In this document: positions 48,453-58,246 of the stretch, in pieces
How the letters are laid out: every line of letters starts with the position of its first letter
Numbering within the stretch: position 1 is the first letter of the stretch
Source: Thermoanaerobaculia bacterium
GTDB lineage: Bacteria > Acidobacteriota > Thermoanaerobaculia > UBA5066
DNA: 64,000 bases
Direction of reading: 5' to 3'
Assembly: GCA_963816185.1 (NCBI GenBank)
Contig: CAWFJJ010000021.1
Location: 53,269 to 117,268, forward strand
The notes under the pieces: model-generated
The model's database searches: none
The model's input: only the letters and a program-made list of their open reading frames with translations
What the model was told of the DNA's origin: nothing
Made by a program: the position numbers and the translations under genes

Positions 48453-50848
48453 GCCGTTTTCTTCCCATCCTCGGCAGGTCTCGCGAGCTTCAGCGCCCGG
48501 GCGGGTCCGAGCGCCGCCTTGAGGACGTCGTCCACGCGTGACGCGAAGACGAACTTCAGGTCGCGGCTCAGCTCTTTCGGGATCTCCGTCAGGTCGCGCG
48601 CGTTCGCCTTCGGGATCACGACGGTCCGAATCCCTGCGCGGCGCGCCGCGAGCACCTTCTCCTTCAGGCCGCCGATCGCGAGGACGTCTCCGCGCAGGGT
48701 GATCTCGCCGGTCATCGCGACGTCGCGGCGCACGGGCCGCCCCCCGAAGGCCGAGATCATGGCCGTGGCCATCGTGATGCCCGCGGAGGGCCCGTCCTTG
48801 GGGATCGCGCCCTCCGGGACGTGAACGTGGATGTCGTGCGTTTCGAAATAGTCGGCGGGCAGCCCGAGCGCGTCCGCCCGCGAGCGCGCGAAGGTGAGCG
48901 CGGCGTGCGCCGACTCCTTCATGACGTCCCCGAGCTGGCCCGTGAGCTGCAGGCGACCCTTGCCGCGCACGGCGCGCGCCTCGACGAGGAGGACGTCGCC
49001 GCCCACCGCCGTCCACGCGAGCCCGGTCGCCGTCCCGACCTGGTCGGTCCTGAGGAGCTCGTCGCGCTGAAACTTCGGGTTCCCGAGGAAGGCACGAACC
49101 TGCCTCGGCGTCACCGTGACGCTTTTCCTGCGGCCCGAGGCCCAGCGCACCGCCACCTTGCGGCAGCACGACCCGATCTCGCGCTCGAAGCTGCGCAGGC
49201 CCGCCTCGCGCGTGTGCCCTTCCACGATCGCCCGGAGCCCGGCGTCCGTGAACGTCACCGCCGACGCCGGAAGGCCGTTCTCCCGGAGCTGCTTCGGCAC
49301 GGTGTGCGCCTTCGCGATCGCGACCTTCTCCTCCAGCGTGTAGCCCGACAGCCGGATGACCTCCATGCGGTCGAGGAACGCGGGCTGGATCGTGTCGAGG
49401 ACGTTCGCGGTCGTGATGAAGAGAACCCTCGAGAGGTCGTAGTTCACGCCGAGGTAGTGGTCCCGGAACGTCTTGTTCTGCTCGGGGTCGAGGACCTCGA
49501 GGAGCGCGGACGACGGGTCGCCGCGGAAGTCGGCGCCGATCTTGTCGACCTCGTCGAGGATGTAAACGGGGTTCGACGTGCCGGCCTGCGAGATGCCCTG
49601 GACGATGCGGCCGGGCATCGCGCCTACGTACGTGCGGCGGTGGCCCCGGATCTCCGCTTCGTCACGCACGCCGCCCAGCGAGAGCCGCAGGAATTTCCGG
49701 TCGAGAGCGCGCGCGATCGATCGGCCGAGCGACGTCTTCCCGACGCCCGGCGGCCCCACGAAGCACAGGATCGGTCCCTTCGAGTCGGGCGCGAGCTTGC
49801 GCACGGCGAGGAACTCGATGATCCGCACCTTGATCTTCTCGAGGTCGTAGTGGTCTTCGTCGAGGATCTTCCGCGCCCGCGCGAGGTCGAGGTTGTCCTT
49901 GGAGACGTTCCCCCAGGGCAGGTTCGCGAGCCAGTCGAGGTACGTGCGCAGCATCGCGTTCTCGGCCGAGTCCGGGTTGCCGCGTTCGAGCCGCTTGACC
50001 TGCTTCTCGATCTCCTGGGCCGCCTCCTCGGGGATCTGCTTCTCCGTGATCTTCTTGCGGTAGGCCGCGATCTCCTCGGAGATGTCCTCGGTCTCGCCGA
50101 GCTCCTGCTGGATCGCCTTGAGCTGCTGCCTCAGGAAGTACTCGCGCTGGCTCTTGTCGATCTCTCCCTTGGCCGCGCCGGTGATCTCCTGCTGGACGGT
50201 CAGGACGCGGATTTCGCGGCGCAGGATCTCGAGCACCGTGCGCAGCCGGTCGACCGCGGGAATGGTCTCGAGGATCTTCTGGGACTCCTCGATCTTCAGA
50301 TCGAGGTTCGAGGCCGCGAGATCCGCGAGCCGCGCGGGCTCCTCGAGCCCCGCGGCCACGACCATGACCTCCGGCGAGATCGCCTTCCCGAGCGTGACCG
50401 TCTTCTCGAGCGCTTCCTTGACGCTTCGCGTGAGCGCCTCGGTCTCCTCGGAGGGAGGGGTCGGCTCCTCGGGCTCGGCGAGACGCGTCACCTTCGCGCG
50501 GAGCGCGGGCGTCTCGGCGAGGAACGAGTCGATCCTCACGCGCGCGAGTCCCTGCACGAGAAGGCGGATGCGTCCGTCCGGGAGCTTGAGCATCCGCATC
50601 ACGGCCGCCGCGGTCCCGATCGTGTAGAGGTCCTCCGGCTTCGGCTCTTCGACCGAGGAGTCCTTCTGCGCGACGAGAAGGAGGACTCGCTGCTCGGCGA
50701 GCGCCGCGTCGACCGCGGCGATGGACTTCTCGCGCGACACCGAAAGCGGCACGATGACGTACGGGAAGAGCACGACGTCCTTCAGCGGCAGCGCCGGGAG
50801 GATGTCGGGGATCGGGACCTTCTCGGTCGGGGGGGCTTCCGCGCTCAT
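48449..50848 (-). CDS. lon: Lon protease
   Basis: LON N-domain, [28 protein letters not shown]. Confidence 0.98.
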   Translation of the reverse strand: MSAEAPPTEKVPIPDILPALPLKDVVLFPYVIVPLSVSREKSIAAVDAALAEQRVLLLVAQKDSSVEEPKPEDLYTIGTAAAVMRMLKLPDGRIRLLVQGLARVRIDSFLAETPALRAKVTRLAEPEEPTPPSEETEALTRSVKEALEKTVTLGKAISPEVMVVAAGLEEPARLADLAASNLDLKIEESQKILETIPAVDRLRTVLEILRREIRVLTVQQEITGAAKGEIDKSQREYFLRQQLKAIQQELGETEDISEEIAAYRKKITEKQIPEEAAQEIEKQVKRLERGNPDSAENAMLRTYLDWLANLPWGNVSKDNLDLARARKILDEDHYDLEKIKVRIIEFLAVRKLAPDSKGPILCFVGPPGVGKTSLGRSIARALDRKFLRLSLGGVRDEAEIRGHRRTYVGAMPGRIVQGISQAGTSNPVYILDEVDKIGADFRGDPSSALLEVLDPEQNKTFRDHYLGVNYDLSRVLFITTANVLDTIQPAFLDRMEVIRLSGYTLEEKVAIAKAHTVPKQLRENGLPASAVTFTDAGLRAIVEGHTREAGLRSFEREIGSCCRKVAVRWASGRRKSVTVTPRQVRAFLGNPKFQRDELLRTDQVGTATGLAWTAVGGDVLLVEARAVRGKGRLQLTGQLGDVMKESAHAALTFARSRADALGLPADYFETHDIHVHVPEGAIPKDGPSAGITMATAMISAFGGRPVRRDVAMTGEITLRGDVLAIGGLKEKVLAARRAGIRTVVIPKANARDLTEIPKELSRDLKFVFASRVDDVLKAALGPARALKLARPAEDGKKTA

Positions 50849-51245
50849 GCGCCTTTCTTTCCCTTCACGATCGGGATCGAGCGGCCGCTCTTCGCGGGAC
50901 GTTTCGGCACCTCGAGCACGAGCAGGCCGTCCGCGTAGGTCGCACGGGTGCGCTCGGGGTCGGGATCCTGCGGCAGCTCGAGGACGCGTTCGAAGGCGCC
51001 CGCCGCGCGCTCGACCCTCAGGAAGACGCCGCCGGCCCGGTCGGTGGCACGCCGCACCCCACGCAGCGTGAGCACGCGGCCCTGGACGTCCACGGAGATC
51101 TGGTCGGGATCGGCTCCCGGAATCTCGAATACGAGCCGCCAGCCCTGCGCGTCCTCGACGACGTCCACGGGAGCCTCGGGGGCGGGACGGTCGGCGGGCA
51201 GGGAGGCTTCCGTGCCGAAGACGAAAACGGGCCTCTCGCGGTCTT

Positions 51246-51249
<4 letters not shown>
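50845..51249 (-). CDS. Hsp20/alpha-crystallin small heat-shock protein
   Basis: PVDVVE, EIPG, ERAAGAFERVLELP, ATYADGLL; overlaps the lon start. Confidence 0.92.
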
Positions 51250-51722
<473 letters not shown>

Positions 51723-51754
51723 GGGACGGAGCCTAGCAGGAACGACGGGGCCGA

Positions 51755-54700
51755 TCAGGCCCCGCGGCTTCCGCGCAGCTCCTCGAGGGTGATCATCTGC
51801 TCGATCGTGCGCAGCGTCAGCTCCGCCTCGCCGAGCTCGCGGAGCCCCGACCAGTCGCGCCTGAGCTCGCGCGAGAGCGAATCGGGCAGCGTGCGGAGCC
51901 AGCCCTCGATCCTGAGGTCGACGAACTCGCGTTTCTCTTCGATCGTCAGCTCGCGCGCGAGCAGCAGGCGGCACGCCTCTTCGGCATCGATGACCGTCTG
52001 GAGCACGTTCCACCGGCTTCCGGGACGCTCCGCGCAGAGAGCGGAGAACGCGCTGCTGCTCGTCTCGCGGATCAGCTCCTCCTCGCGGGTCGTCACGCTC
52101 TCGTGCTCCTTCGGTTCGTCCCAGCTGTCGGAGTCTTCCGCGACGTAGCGCAGGTACAGCATGGCGAAGAGGCACGTCGGTTGGACGAGCTCCTCGCGCA
52201 CGCGGGCGTCGGCCCACAGCGCCGCGGCGGCGCGCAAGCACCTCTTCGCCGTCGTCTCGGCCAGGCGCTTCCCGAAGACGACCGCCACCGACTCGCGCAC
52301 GAAAAAGCTCAGCTCGCTCGCGATGATCTCCCGGTATCCCGGCACGTGCCGCTCCAGGAGCGTCGCGGCGCGCCGGTCGATCGCGGCGAGGTCGCTCACG
52401 ACGGCGGGGAGCCCGAGCGTCGTGCAGCCGAGGTTGTAATTGATCGCCCGCGGCAGCGTCACGCCCTCGGGCCACGCGTCGCGCAGATCGCGATTGCCCG
52501 GCAGCTCCCGGCCTCCGCCCCACTCCTCCGGGTACGTCGGGATCGAGCGGCCGTAGTTGACCGAGCCGGTCGCGCGGATCCGCACGCGCGTCTGCGGCAC
52601 GAGCCCGCTGAACGGCGCCAGGAGCGGGGCGATCCGGAGCAGCGTTTCGGTGTGCGCCTTGACGCCGGCCTCGAGGAGCCTGCACAGGGACTCCCGGTCC
52701 GCGGATCCGAGCGTCGGCGCCGCGCCCCTCGCCGCGACCGCGGCGCGGAACTTCGCCGCGAGGCGCTCGGCCTCGACCGGCGAGTCGGCCCGAATTCCCT
52801 GCATCGTCACGCCGTCCGCGCGCGCGAACTGCGCGATCACACCCTCGTGATCCGGCTCGAACCCGCCGCGGAAACCCGCCCGGCCCGCGCCGACGAGGAA
52901 CGTGACCTCTGGCGCCGGCTCTCCGATGCGCCTCGCGTGCGCGGCGAGACGGCCCTCGGCTTCGTCTCGGCCCGCAACCGTCAGCGCGTAGGCCGCGTCC
53001 GTCGCGATCTTGCCGCTCTGCTCGGCCGTATCGGACATCGCGACGAACACCCTCACGGTCGCTCCGGACCCGTCGAAGCGCGTCCGGAAGCCGCAAGGCC
53101 CCGGGAGGTCCGCGGCACCGCGGCTTCTTTCGAGAGCCTGGTAGTAGGCCTCGAGGAGGTCGGCAATGTGCGCGAGAGCGCCGACGTTCTCGACGAGAGG
53201 CACGAGGCGGACACGAGACACCTTTGCGGACAGCTCCGCGCGGCGGGCCTCGGGGATGCGCTCCGAGAGGAAAGAATCGATCCGCTCCGCCGGGCCGCTG
53301 AAGAGGCCCTCGACGGCCTGGAGATAGAGCGTCCCGATCTTGACGACGGCACCGAGCTCCGTCTGCGAGTTGACCTGCGGCACGGTCAGCTCGTAGATCG
53401 CGTTCTGGACGGGTTGAATCCCCAGCCGCTCGCAGGCGAGGAGGAACAGGAAGTTGGCCCGCGCGACGGCCGCGAGGATCTTGGAGATCTTCTCCTCGTC
53501 CTGCTCGAGCCACGGATTCGGCACGCGGAAGAGGAGGTGGCGGTCCTGGCCGGGGATGACGCCGTGCCGGAGCAGCGTGAGAACGACCTTCTCGGGGACC
53601 TCGAGCCAGTCGGGGCTGATCTGCCGACCCTCGTAATCGAGGAGGACCTCCGAGCACGGCCCGAGAAGGTCGGCGATCGTCTCCTCGAACTCCTGGCGCG
53701 CCTCGACGAGCGGGTTCCACTCGAGGTGGGTCAGAGCGCGTTCCGCGCGGTCCGGCGTCCCTTCCGGAGCGGAGCGCAGGGCGCGCTCGAGCTGCTCGGC
53801 GCGGTGCTTCGTGGAGTCCGGGTGCTTCGTTCCGGTCAGGCGGAGCGTCTCGAGGCGCGGATGCTCGAGGAAGCGGCGCCGCTCCGCCGCGAAGGCCGGA
53901 ACGTCGAGGGCGTCGAGAGCGTCGTACCCGGATTCCGTGCACACGCTGAACCAGACGCCCTCCTCGATCGATCGCGCCTCCCGGAGGGGCCGAGGCGCGC
54001 TCGAGCCCGCACGACCGCAGCTCTCGATTCGCGTCCGCACGCGGTCCATGAAGACCGCAAGCTCGCTCACGTCCTTCGAGCCGTAGGACAGGCGCTGCCA
54101 GGTTCCGTACCGGGCCGGGTCGCTGCCCGCGAACGCCGCGAACGGGATGCCTCCGACGCCGCCCGTAAGAAGGAAGTCGAAAGCATCCGCGGAGGTCTTC
54201 ACGACCGCCCGCTCGCTCACGCCGTTCCGGAGGCGTTTGAACGACTCGCCGACGAGCCCGGGAAACGCGAGCGGCGAGTAGAACGTGCCGCCGAAGTCGG
54301 TGCGCTCGACGCCGAGAGACGCGAGGGCGTCCGCGGCGTGAATCATGAAGTCGCGGCGTTCGCGCATGTACGGGGAGGGGCGCCGGAGCGCCGCGAGCGG
54401 GCTCTGGAGCGCGGCGAGGGCCCAGTCCTGCGCGAGCGTCGAGGGTGTCGCGACGAGCCACGCCGAGAGGTTCGCGACGATCTCCCGGGCCCGTACGCCG
54501 CCGGTCTTGATCTGGTCGGACAGAACCATCCAGCACGCGCGCGCGCCGGTCGACGCCCCGAACATGTCCATCTTCGACAGGCCGGACAGCGTGACGACCC
54601 AATCGCGCCACTCGGGGTCGGCGAACGCCGGGTTGACGAACGAGCCGACGTAGTCGAGGCGCTGGTAAACCGAGTCGTAGAGCACGTAGACGAAGTGCTT

Positions 54701-55372
54701 CGACGCGACACGCACGAGCTCCTCGACGAGCTCGCGGGGGTAGACGCGTCCGGTCGGATTGTGCGGGTTGTTGACGATGACCGAGGAGATCCCGCCGCCC
54801 TCGAGGAGGCGCTCGAACTCCGCCGGGTCGGGCAGGAAATCAGGCGACGTGGTCGGCAGCTCGACGACGTGCTTGCCGGCGCGCTCGATGAACCAGTCGT
54901 ATTCCCAGCTCGGGCGCGGGACGACGACGCCCGAGCCGTCGGCGCCGAGCACCTCGAGCACCGTCGCGAGGGCCGATCGCGTGCCGGGCGTGAAGATGAC
55001 TTCGTCGGGCAGGAAGCGGACGTCCGAGGAAGGGTAGTCGAGGAGGCCGTCGCGGTTGAAGAACTCGGCGATCTCGCTGCGCACGTCCATCCGGCCGACG
55101 GCGGGCCCGTAGCTGTGGACCGTGTTGCGCGTGATGCGCTGCGCCGCCCGGACGACCTCGGGGTGCGGTGCGAAGTCGGAGTTCTTGTAGTCGCCCTGCG
55201 TGAGATCGAGAGCGCCCTCCTGCTGCACGCGGCGCGAGTAGGCGCGCACGAGCGGCTCGGGGGTCGAGAGCGCGCGGGCGGCGAGTCTTTGGGGTTGGGG
55301 AGAGGGAACGATCTTTCGAGCGGTCTTCGCCGGGCTCGAGGCACTGATGGGCGTGGAGCTCATGGGCCGCAT
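51755..55372 (-). CDS. Fusion: class I/II PLP aminotransferase + archaeal-type phosphoenolpyruvate carboxylase (PpcA-like)
   Basis: N-half: NNPHNPTG, DSVY, SGLSK, RLSY. C-half: TKHPD, DYEG, RVPNP, PLVE, AMSD, GAG..FRG, LPRAI, matching PpcA motif order. Start ATG 55372 or 55363. Confidence 0.82.
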   Translation of the reverse strand: MRPMSSTPISASSPAKTARKIVPSPQPQRLAARALSTPEPLVRAYSRRVQQEGALDLTQGDYKNSDFAPHPEVVRAAQRITRNTVHSYGPAVGRMDVRSEIAEFFNRDGLLDYPSSDVRFLPDEVIFTPGTRSALATVLEVLGADGSGVVVPRPSWEYDWFIERAGKHVVELPTTSPDFLPDPAEFERLLEGGGISSVIVNNPHNPTGRVYPRELVEELVRVASKHFVYVLYDSVYQRLDYVGSFVNPAFADPEWRDWVVTLSGLSKMDMFGASTGARACWMVLSDQIKTGGVRAREIVANLSAWLVATPSTLAQDWALAALQSPLAALRRPSPYMRERRDFMIHAADALASLGVERTDFGGTFYSPLAFPGLVGESFKRLRNGVSERAVVKTSADAFDFLLTGGVGGIPFAAFAGSDPARYGTWQRLSYGSKDVSELAVFMDRVRTRIESCGRAGSSAPRPLREARSIEEGVWFSVCTESGYDALDALDVPAFAAERRRFLEHPRLETLRLTGTKHPDSTKHRAEQLERALRSAPEGTPDRAERALTHLEWNPLVEARQEFEETIADLLGPCSEVLLDYEGRQISPDWLEVPEKVVLTLLRHGVIPGQDRHLLFRVPNPWLEQDEEKISKILAAVARANFLFLLACERLGIQPVQNAIYELTVPQVNSQTELGAVVKIGTLYLQAVEGLFSGPAERIDSFLSERIPEARRAELSAKVSRVRLVPLVENVGALAHIADLLEAYYQALERSRGAADLPGPCGFRTRFDGSGATVRVFVAMSDTAEQSGKIATDAAYALTVAGRDEAEGRLAAHARRIGEPAPEVTFLVGAGRAGFRGGFEPDHEGVIAQFARADGVTMQGIRADSPVEAERLAAKFRAAVAARGAAPTLGSADRESLCRLLEAGVKAHTETLLRIAPLLAPFSGLVPQTRVRIRATGSVNYGRSIPTYPEEWGGGRELPGNRDLRDAWPEGVTLPRAINYNLGCTTLGLPAVVSDLAAIDRRAATLLERHVPGYREIIASELSFFVRESVAVVFGKRLAETTAKRCLRAAAALWADARVREELVQPTCLFAMLYLRYVAEDSDSWDEPKEHESVTTREEELIRETSSSAFSALCAERPGSRWNVLQTVIDAEEACRLLLARELTIEEKREFVDLRIEGWLRTLPDSLSRELRRDWSGLRELGEAELTLRTIEQMITLEELRGSRGA

Positions 55373-55379
55373 TCCGAGG

Positions 55380-55985
55380 TCAGGTGCGGCCGAACGGGAA
55401 CGGGATGACGTCGCCGTCACCGGGCGTCTCGGGCTGCTCCACGGCGGCGGGGCGGTCGGCGCGCGAGCCGCGCCGCACCTCGAGGATGAGATCGCAGAGC
55501 TCGCGCACGGCTCCGGCGCCGCCCGGCTTCGTGAGCTGAAGGGCGGCCGCCTCGCGGACGATTCCGATCGCGTCGGCCGGCGCCGCTCCGACGCCGGCGC
55601 GCCGGAGCATGCCGAGGTCCGGGAGGTCGTCTCCGACGGCCACGATCTCGATCGCATCGAGCCCCCAGCGTCTCGCGAGGAGGTCGAACGCGGCCACCTT
55701 GTCCCGCTCGCCCTGCAGGACGTGCTCCTCGGGGATCTTCAGCTCGGCGCAGCGGTGTGCCACGACCTTGGACGTGCGGCTCGAGACGACGCCGATCCGA
55801 TAGCCGAGATCGCGGAGAAGGACGAGGCCGAGGCCGTCCTTCACGTCGAACGTCTTCGTCTCGTGTCCGTTCTCGTCGAACGTCATCGAGCCGTCCGTCA
55901 GGACGCCGTCCACGTCGAGGACGAGCCCGCGAAGGCGGGCGAGACGACTCCTCAGGTCCTCGGGGACGATCGGGGCGGCCGGCAT
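55380..55985 (-). CDS. kdsC: KDO 8-phosphate phosphatase (HAD)
   Basis: DVDGVLTDG, FDVKDG, K, GDDLPD, GGAGAVRE. Confidence 0.93.
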   Translation of the reverse strand: MPAAPIVPEDLRSRLARLRGLVLDVDGVLTDGSMTFDENGHETKTFDVKDGLGLVLLRDLGYRIGVVSSRTSKVVAHRCAELKIPEEHVLQGERDKVAAFDLLARRWGLDAIEIVAVGDDLPDLGMLRRAGVGAAPADAIGIVREAAALQLTKPGGAGAVRELCDLILEVRRGSRADRPAAVEQPETPGDGDVIPFPFGRT

Positions 55986-56063
55986 GTCGGCGAATTATGC
56001 GCGTGAAGACGAAGCTCCGAAAGACCGCGTGCGAGTGCTCAACCGGGCTGCTAGCCTGTCAGG

Positions 56064-57101
56064 ATGAGCCTCGCCGACGACGTGCCCGCGCCGGATCTCG
56101 GGAGGGGCGGCGTGCGCGGGCTTCTCGACGCCGCGCGTGCCCGCCGCTCCGCGGGGCATTCGCTCGTCCTCGCGGCCGTCGTCGGCACGGAGGGCTCCAC
56201 GTACGTCAAGCGCGGCGCGTTCGCGCTCTTCGGTGAGCGCGGGCTCCTCGCGGGCACGTTGAGCGGGGGCTGCCTCGAGCCCGAGGTCGAACGGCGCGCG
56301 CGGGACGTGCTCGAATCCGGCCGGGCGGCGCTCGTCCTCCTCGACACGACCGAACCCGGCGACCGCGTGTTCGGCTCCGGCCTCGGCTGCCGCGGGCGGC
56401 TGGACGTGCTCCTCCTCGCCGCGCCGCCGCCTTCGGGCGGGGCGCTCGGAACGCTCCTTCGCGCGAGTGACGGGAACAGCGGAGTCTCGCTGACCCTCTC
56501 TCTCGCGCCCGAGTCTCTCGGCGCGGGAGTCGCGTCGGGAGCTAGCTGGAAAGAGGCATTCGGTCCCGACGGTCGACGCATCGACGCGGCAGATGCGGGC
56601 GAGCCGTCCCCGCCGGTCGTGCGGCTCGACGTGCCGCCTCCCGTCACGCTGCTCCTCCTCGGCGCCGGCCCGGAGACGCCCGCCTTCCTCTCGATCGCGA
56701 GAACCCTCGGCTGGACGACGGTCGTCGTGGATCACCGCGCTCGCTGGAGCGAGCCGGCGCGGCGCGCGGGGGCGGACGAGGTTCATGCGGTCCGCCCGGC
56801 CGAGGCGCACGCGGCGCTTTCGGCACGGCGCTTCGACGCGATCCTTTTCGCGAGCCATTCCGTCGAGCTCGACCACGAGCACCTCGCGGCCTGGAAAGAC
56901 GCAGCGGCGGAATACGTGGCCCTCCTCGGGCCGGCGGCGCGCACGCGCGACCTCTTCGACGAGGCGGGCCTCGCGGACTCTCCGCTCGCGCAACGTCTCC
57001 ACGCTCCCGCGGGCGTGTCGCTCGGTACGTACGGCGCCGAGGCGGTCGCCCTCTCCATGGCCGCGGGACTCGAGCGCTTCCTCGGAGAACGAAGGCGATG
57101 A
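56064..57101 (+). CDS. xdhC: XdhC/CoxI-family molybdenum cofactor insertion chaperone
   Basis: GSTY, GTLSGGCLE, GLGCRG, LGAG, YVALLGP, LHAPAG. Confidence 0.9.
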   Translation: MSLADDVPAPDLGRGGVRGLLDAARARRSAGHSLVLAAVVGTEGSTYVKRGAFALFGERGLLAGTLSGGCLEPEVERRARDVLESGRAALVLLDTTEPGDRVFGSGLGCRGRLDVLLLAAPPPSGGALGTLLRASDGNSGVSLTLSLAPESLGAGVASGASWKEAFGPDGRRIDAADAGEPSPPVVRLDVPPPVTLLLLGAGPETPAFLSIARTLGWTTVVVDHRARWSEPARRAGADEVHAVRPAEAHAALSARRFDAILFASHSVELDHEHLAAWKDAAAEYVALLGPAARTRDLFDEAGLADSPLAQRLHAPAGVSLGTYGAEAVALSMAAGLERFLGERRR

Positions 57102-57682
57102 GACGAGTCGCACGGCACGGCATCGTGCTCCTCGCGGCCGGACGCGCGCGGCGACTGGGGATCTCCAAGCAGCTTCTCGAGACCGAGGGCGAGACGCTCG
57201 TGCGGCGCGCCGCGCGTCTCGCCCTCGCGACGTTGCCCGTCGATGCCGTCGTCGTGACCGGCGCCCACGCGAAGGCCGTCGAGGAAGCGGTTCGCGGCCT
57301 CGCCGTCCGCTGCGTCGGCGCGGAGGATTTCGACGAGGGCATGGGCCGATCTCTCGCGGCCGGTCTCCGGCATCTCGATCCCGTCTGCGCCGGCGCGCTC
57401 GTCGTCCTCTGCGATCAGCCCGCCCTCACCGCCGGGCACCTCGCGCGGCTCGTCGAGGCCTGGCAGGCGGCGCCGGCCTTCGCGGCGGCATCGGGCTACG
57501 CCGGGACCGTTGGTGTCCCGGCTGTCCTCCCGCGCGCGTGGTTTCCGCGATTGACGGCGGCTCACGGCGACCGGGGCGCGCGCGATCTCTTGAGAGAAGG
57601 CGCCGGAGAGGTCCGAGTCGTCCAGGATGAACGCCTGGCGCACGACGTGGATCGCCCGGAAGAAGCGGCCGGCCTTTCCTGA
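57098..57682 (+). CDS. mocA: Molybdenum cofactor cytidylyltransferase-like nucleotidyltransferase
   Basis: LAAG..RRLG..KQLL, GMGRSL, LCDQP, GDRGAR, DVD. Confidence 0.85.
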   Translation: MRRVARHGIVLLAAGRARRLGISKQLLETEGETLVRRAARLALATLPVDAVVVTGAHAKAVEEAVRGLAVRCVGAEDFDEGMGRSLAAGLRHLDPVCAGALVVLCDQPALTAGHLARLVEAWQAAPAFAAASGYAGTVGVPAVLPRAWFPRLTAAHGDRGARDLLREGAGEVRVVQDERLAHDVDRPEEAAGLS

Positions 57683-57787
57683 TTTCCCGTTCTTGATTTT
57701 CTTCGAAGACGAAGGTCGGTCCCGCTCTCCGTTCTGGACTGAGAATCGGTCTAGAGGCTAGACTCCCCGGCGCCGCGAGGTGAAGGC

Positions 57788-58243
57788 ATGAAGCTCACCG
57801 TCAACGGGAATGTCCACGACGTCGCGATCCCCGAAGACATGCCGCTTCTCTGGGCGATCCGGGACGCCCTCGGGCTGACCGGAACGAAGTTCGGATGCGG
57901 CATGGCGCAATGCGGTGCCTGCACGGTGCTCGTCGACGGCGAGCCGGTGCGCTCGTGCGTGAGGCCGGCCGCGTCCGTCGTGGGGAAGTCCATCACGACG
58001 ATCGAAGGCCTCAGCCTCGCCGGCGAGAATCCGGTGCAGAAGGCATGGGCCGAGCTCGACGTCGTGCAATGCGGCTTCTGCCAGTCCGGCCAGATCCTCG
58101 CCGCGGTCGCCCTCCTGAAGGCGAAGCCGCAGCCGACGGACGGCGACATCGATGCGGCCCTCAGCGGCAACATCTGCCGCTGCGGGACCTACCAGCGCAT
58201 TCGCGGCGCCGTGCACCAGGCCGCGGCGCTCATGAAGGGCTGA
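57788..58243 (+). CDS. 2Fe-2S small subunit of an isoquinoline/aldehyde oxidoreductase (IorA-like)
   Basis: [32 protein letters not shown]; GAGGTG SD. Confidence 0.95.
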   Translation: MKLTVNGNVHDVAIPEDMPLLWAIRDALGLTGTKFGCGMAQCGACTVLVDGEPVRSCVRPAASVVGKSITTIEGLSLAGENPVQKAWAELDVVQCGFCQSGQILAAVALLKAKPQPTDGDIDAALSGNICRCGTYQRIRGAVHQAAALMKG

Positions 58244-58246
58244 GCC

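Noticed and set aside
55373-55657. 1300-aa version of the aminotransferase-PEPC ORF
   Set aside because: The first ~95 codons overlap kdsC in another frame; ATG 55372/55363 follow the kdsC stop.
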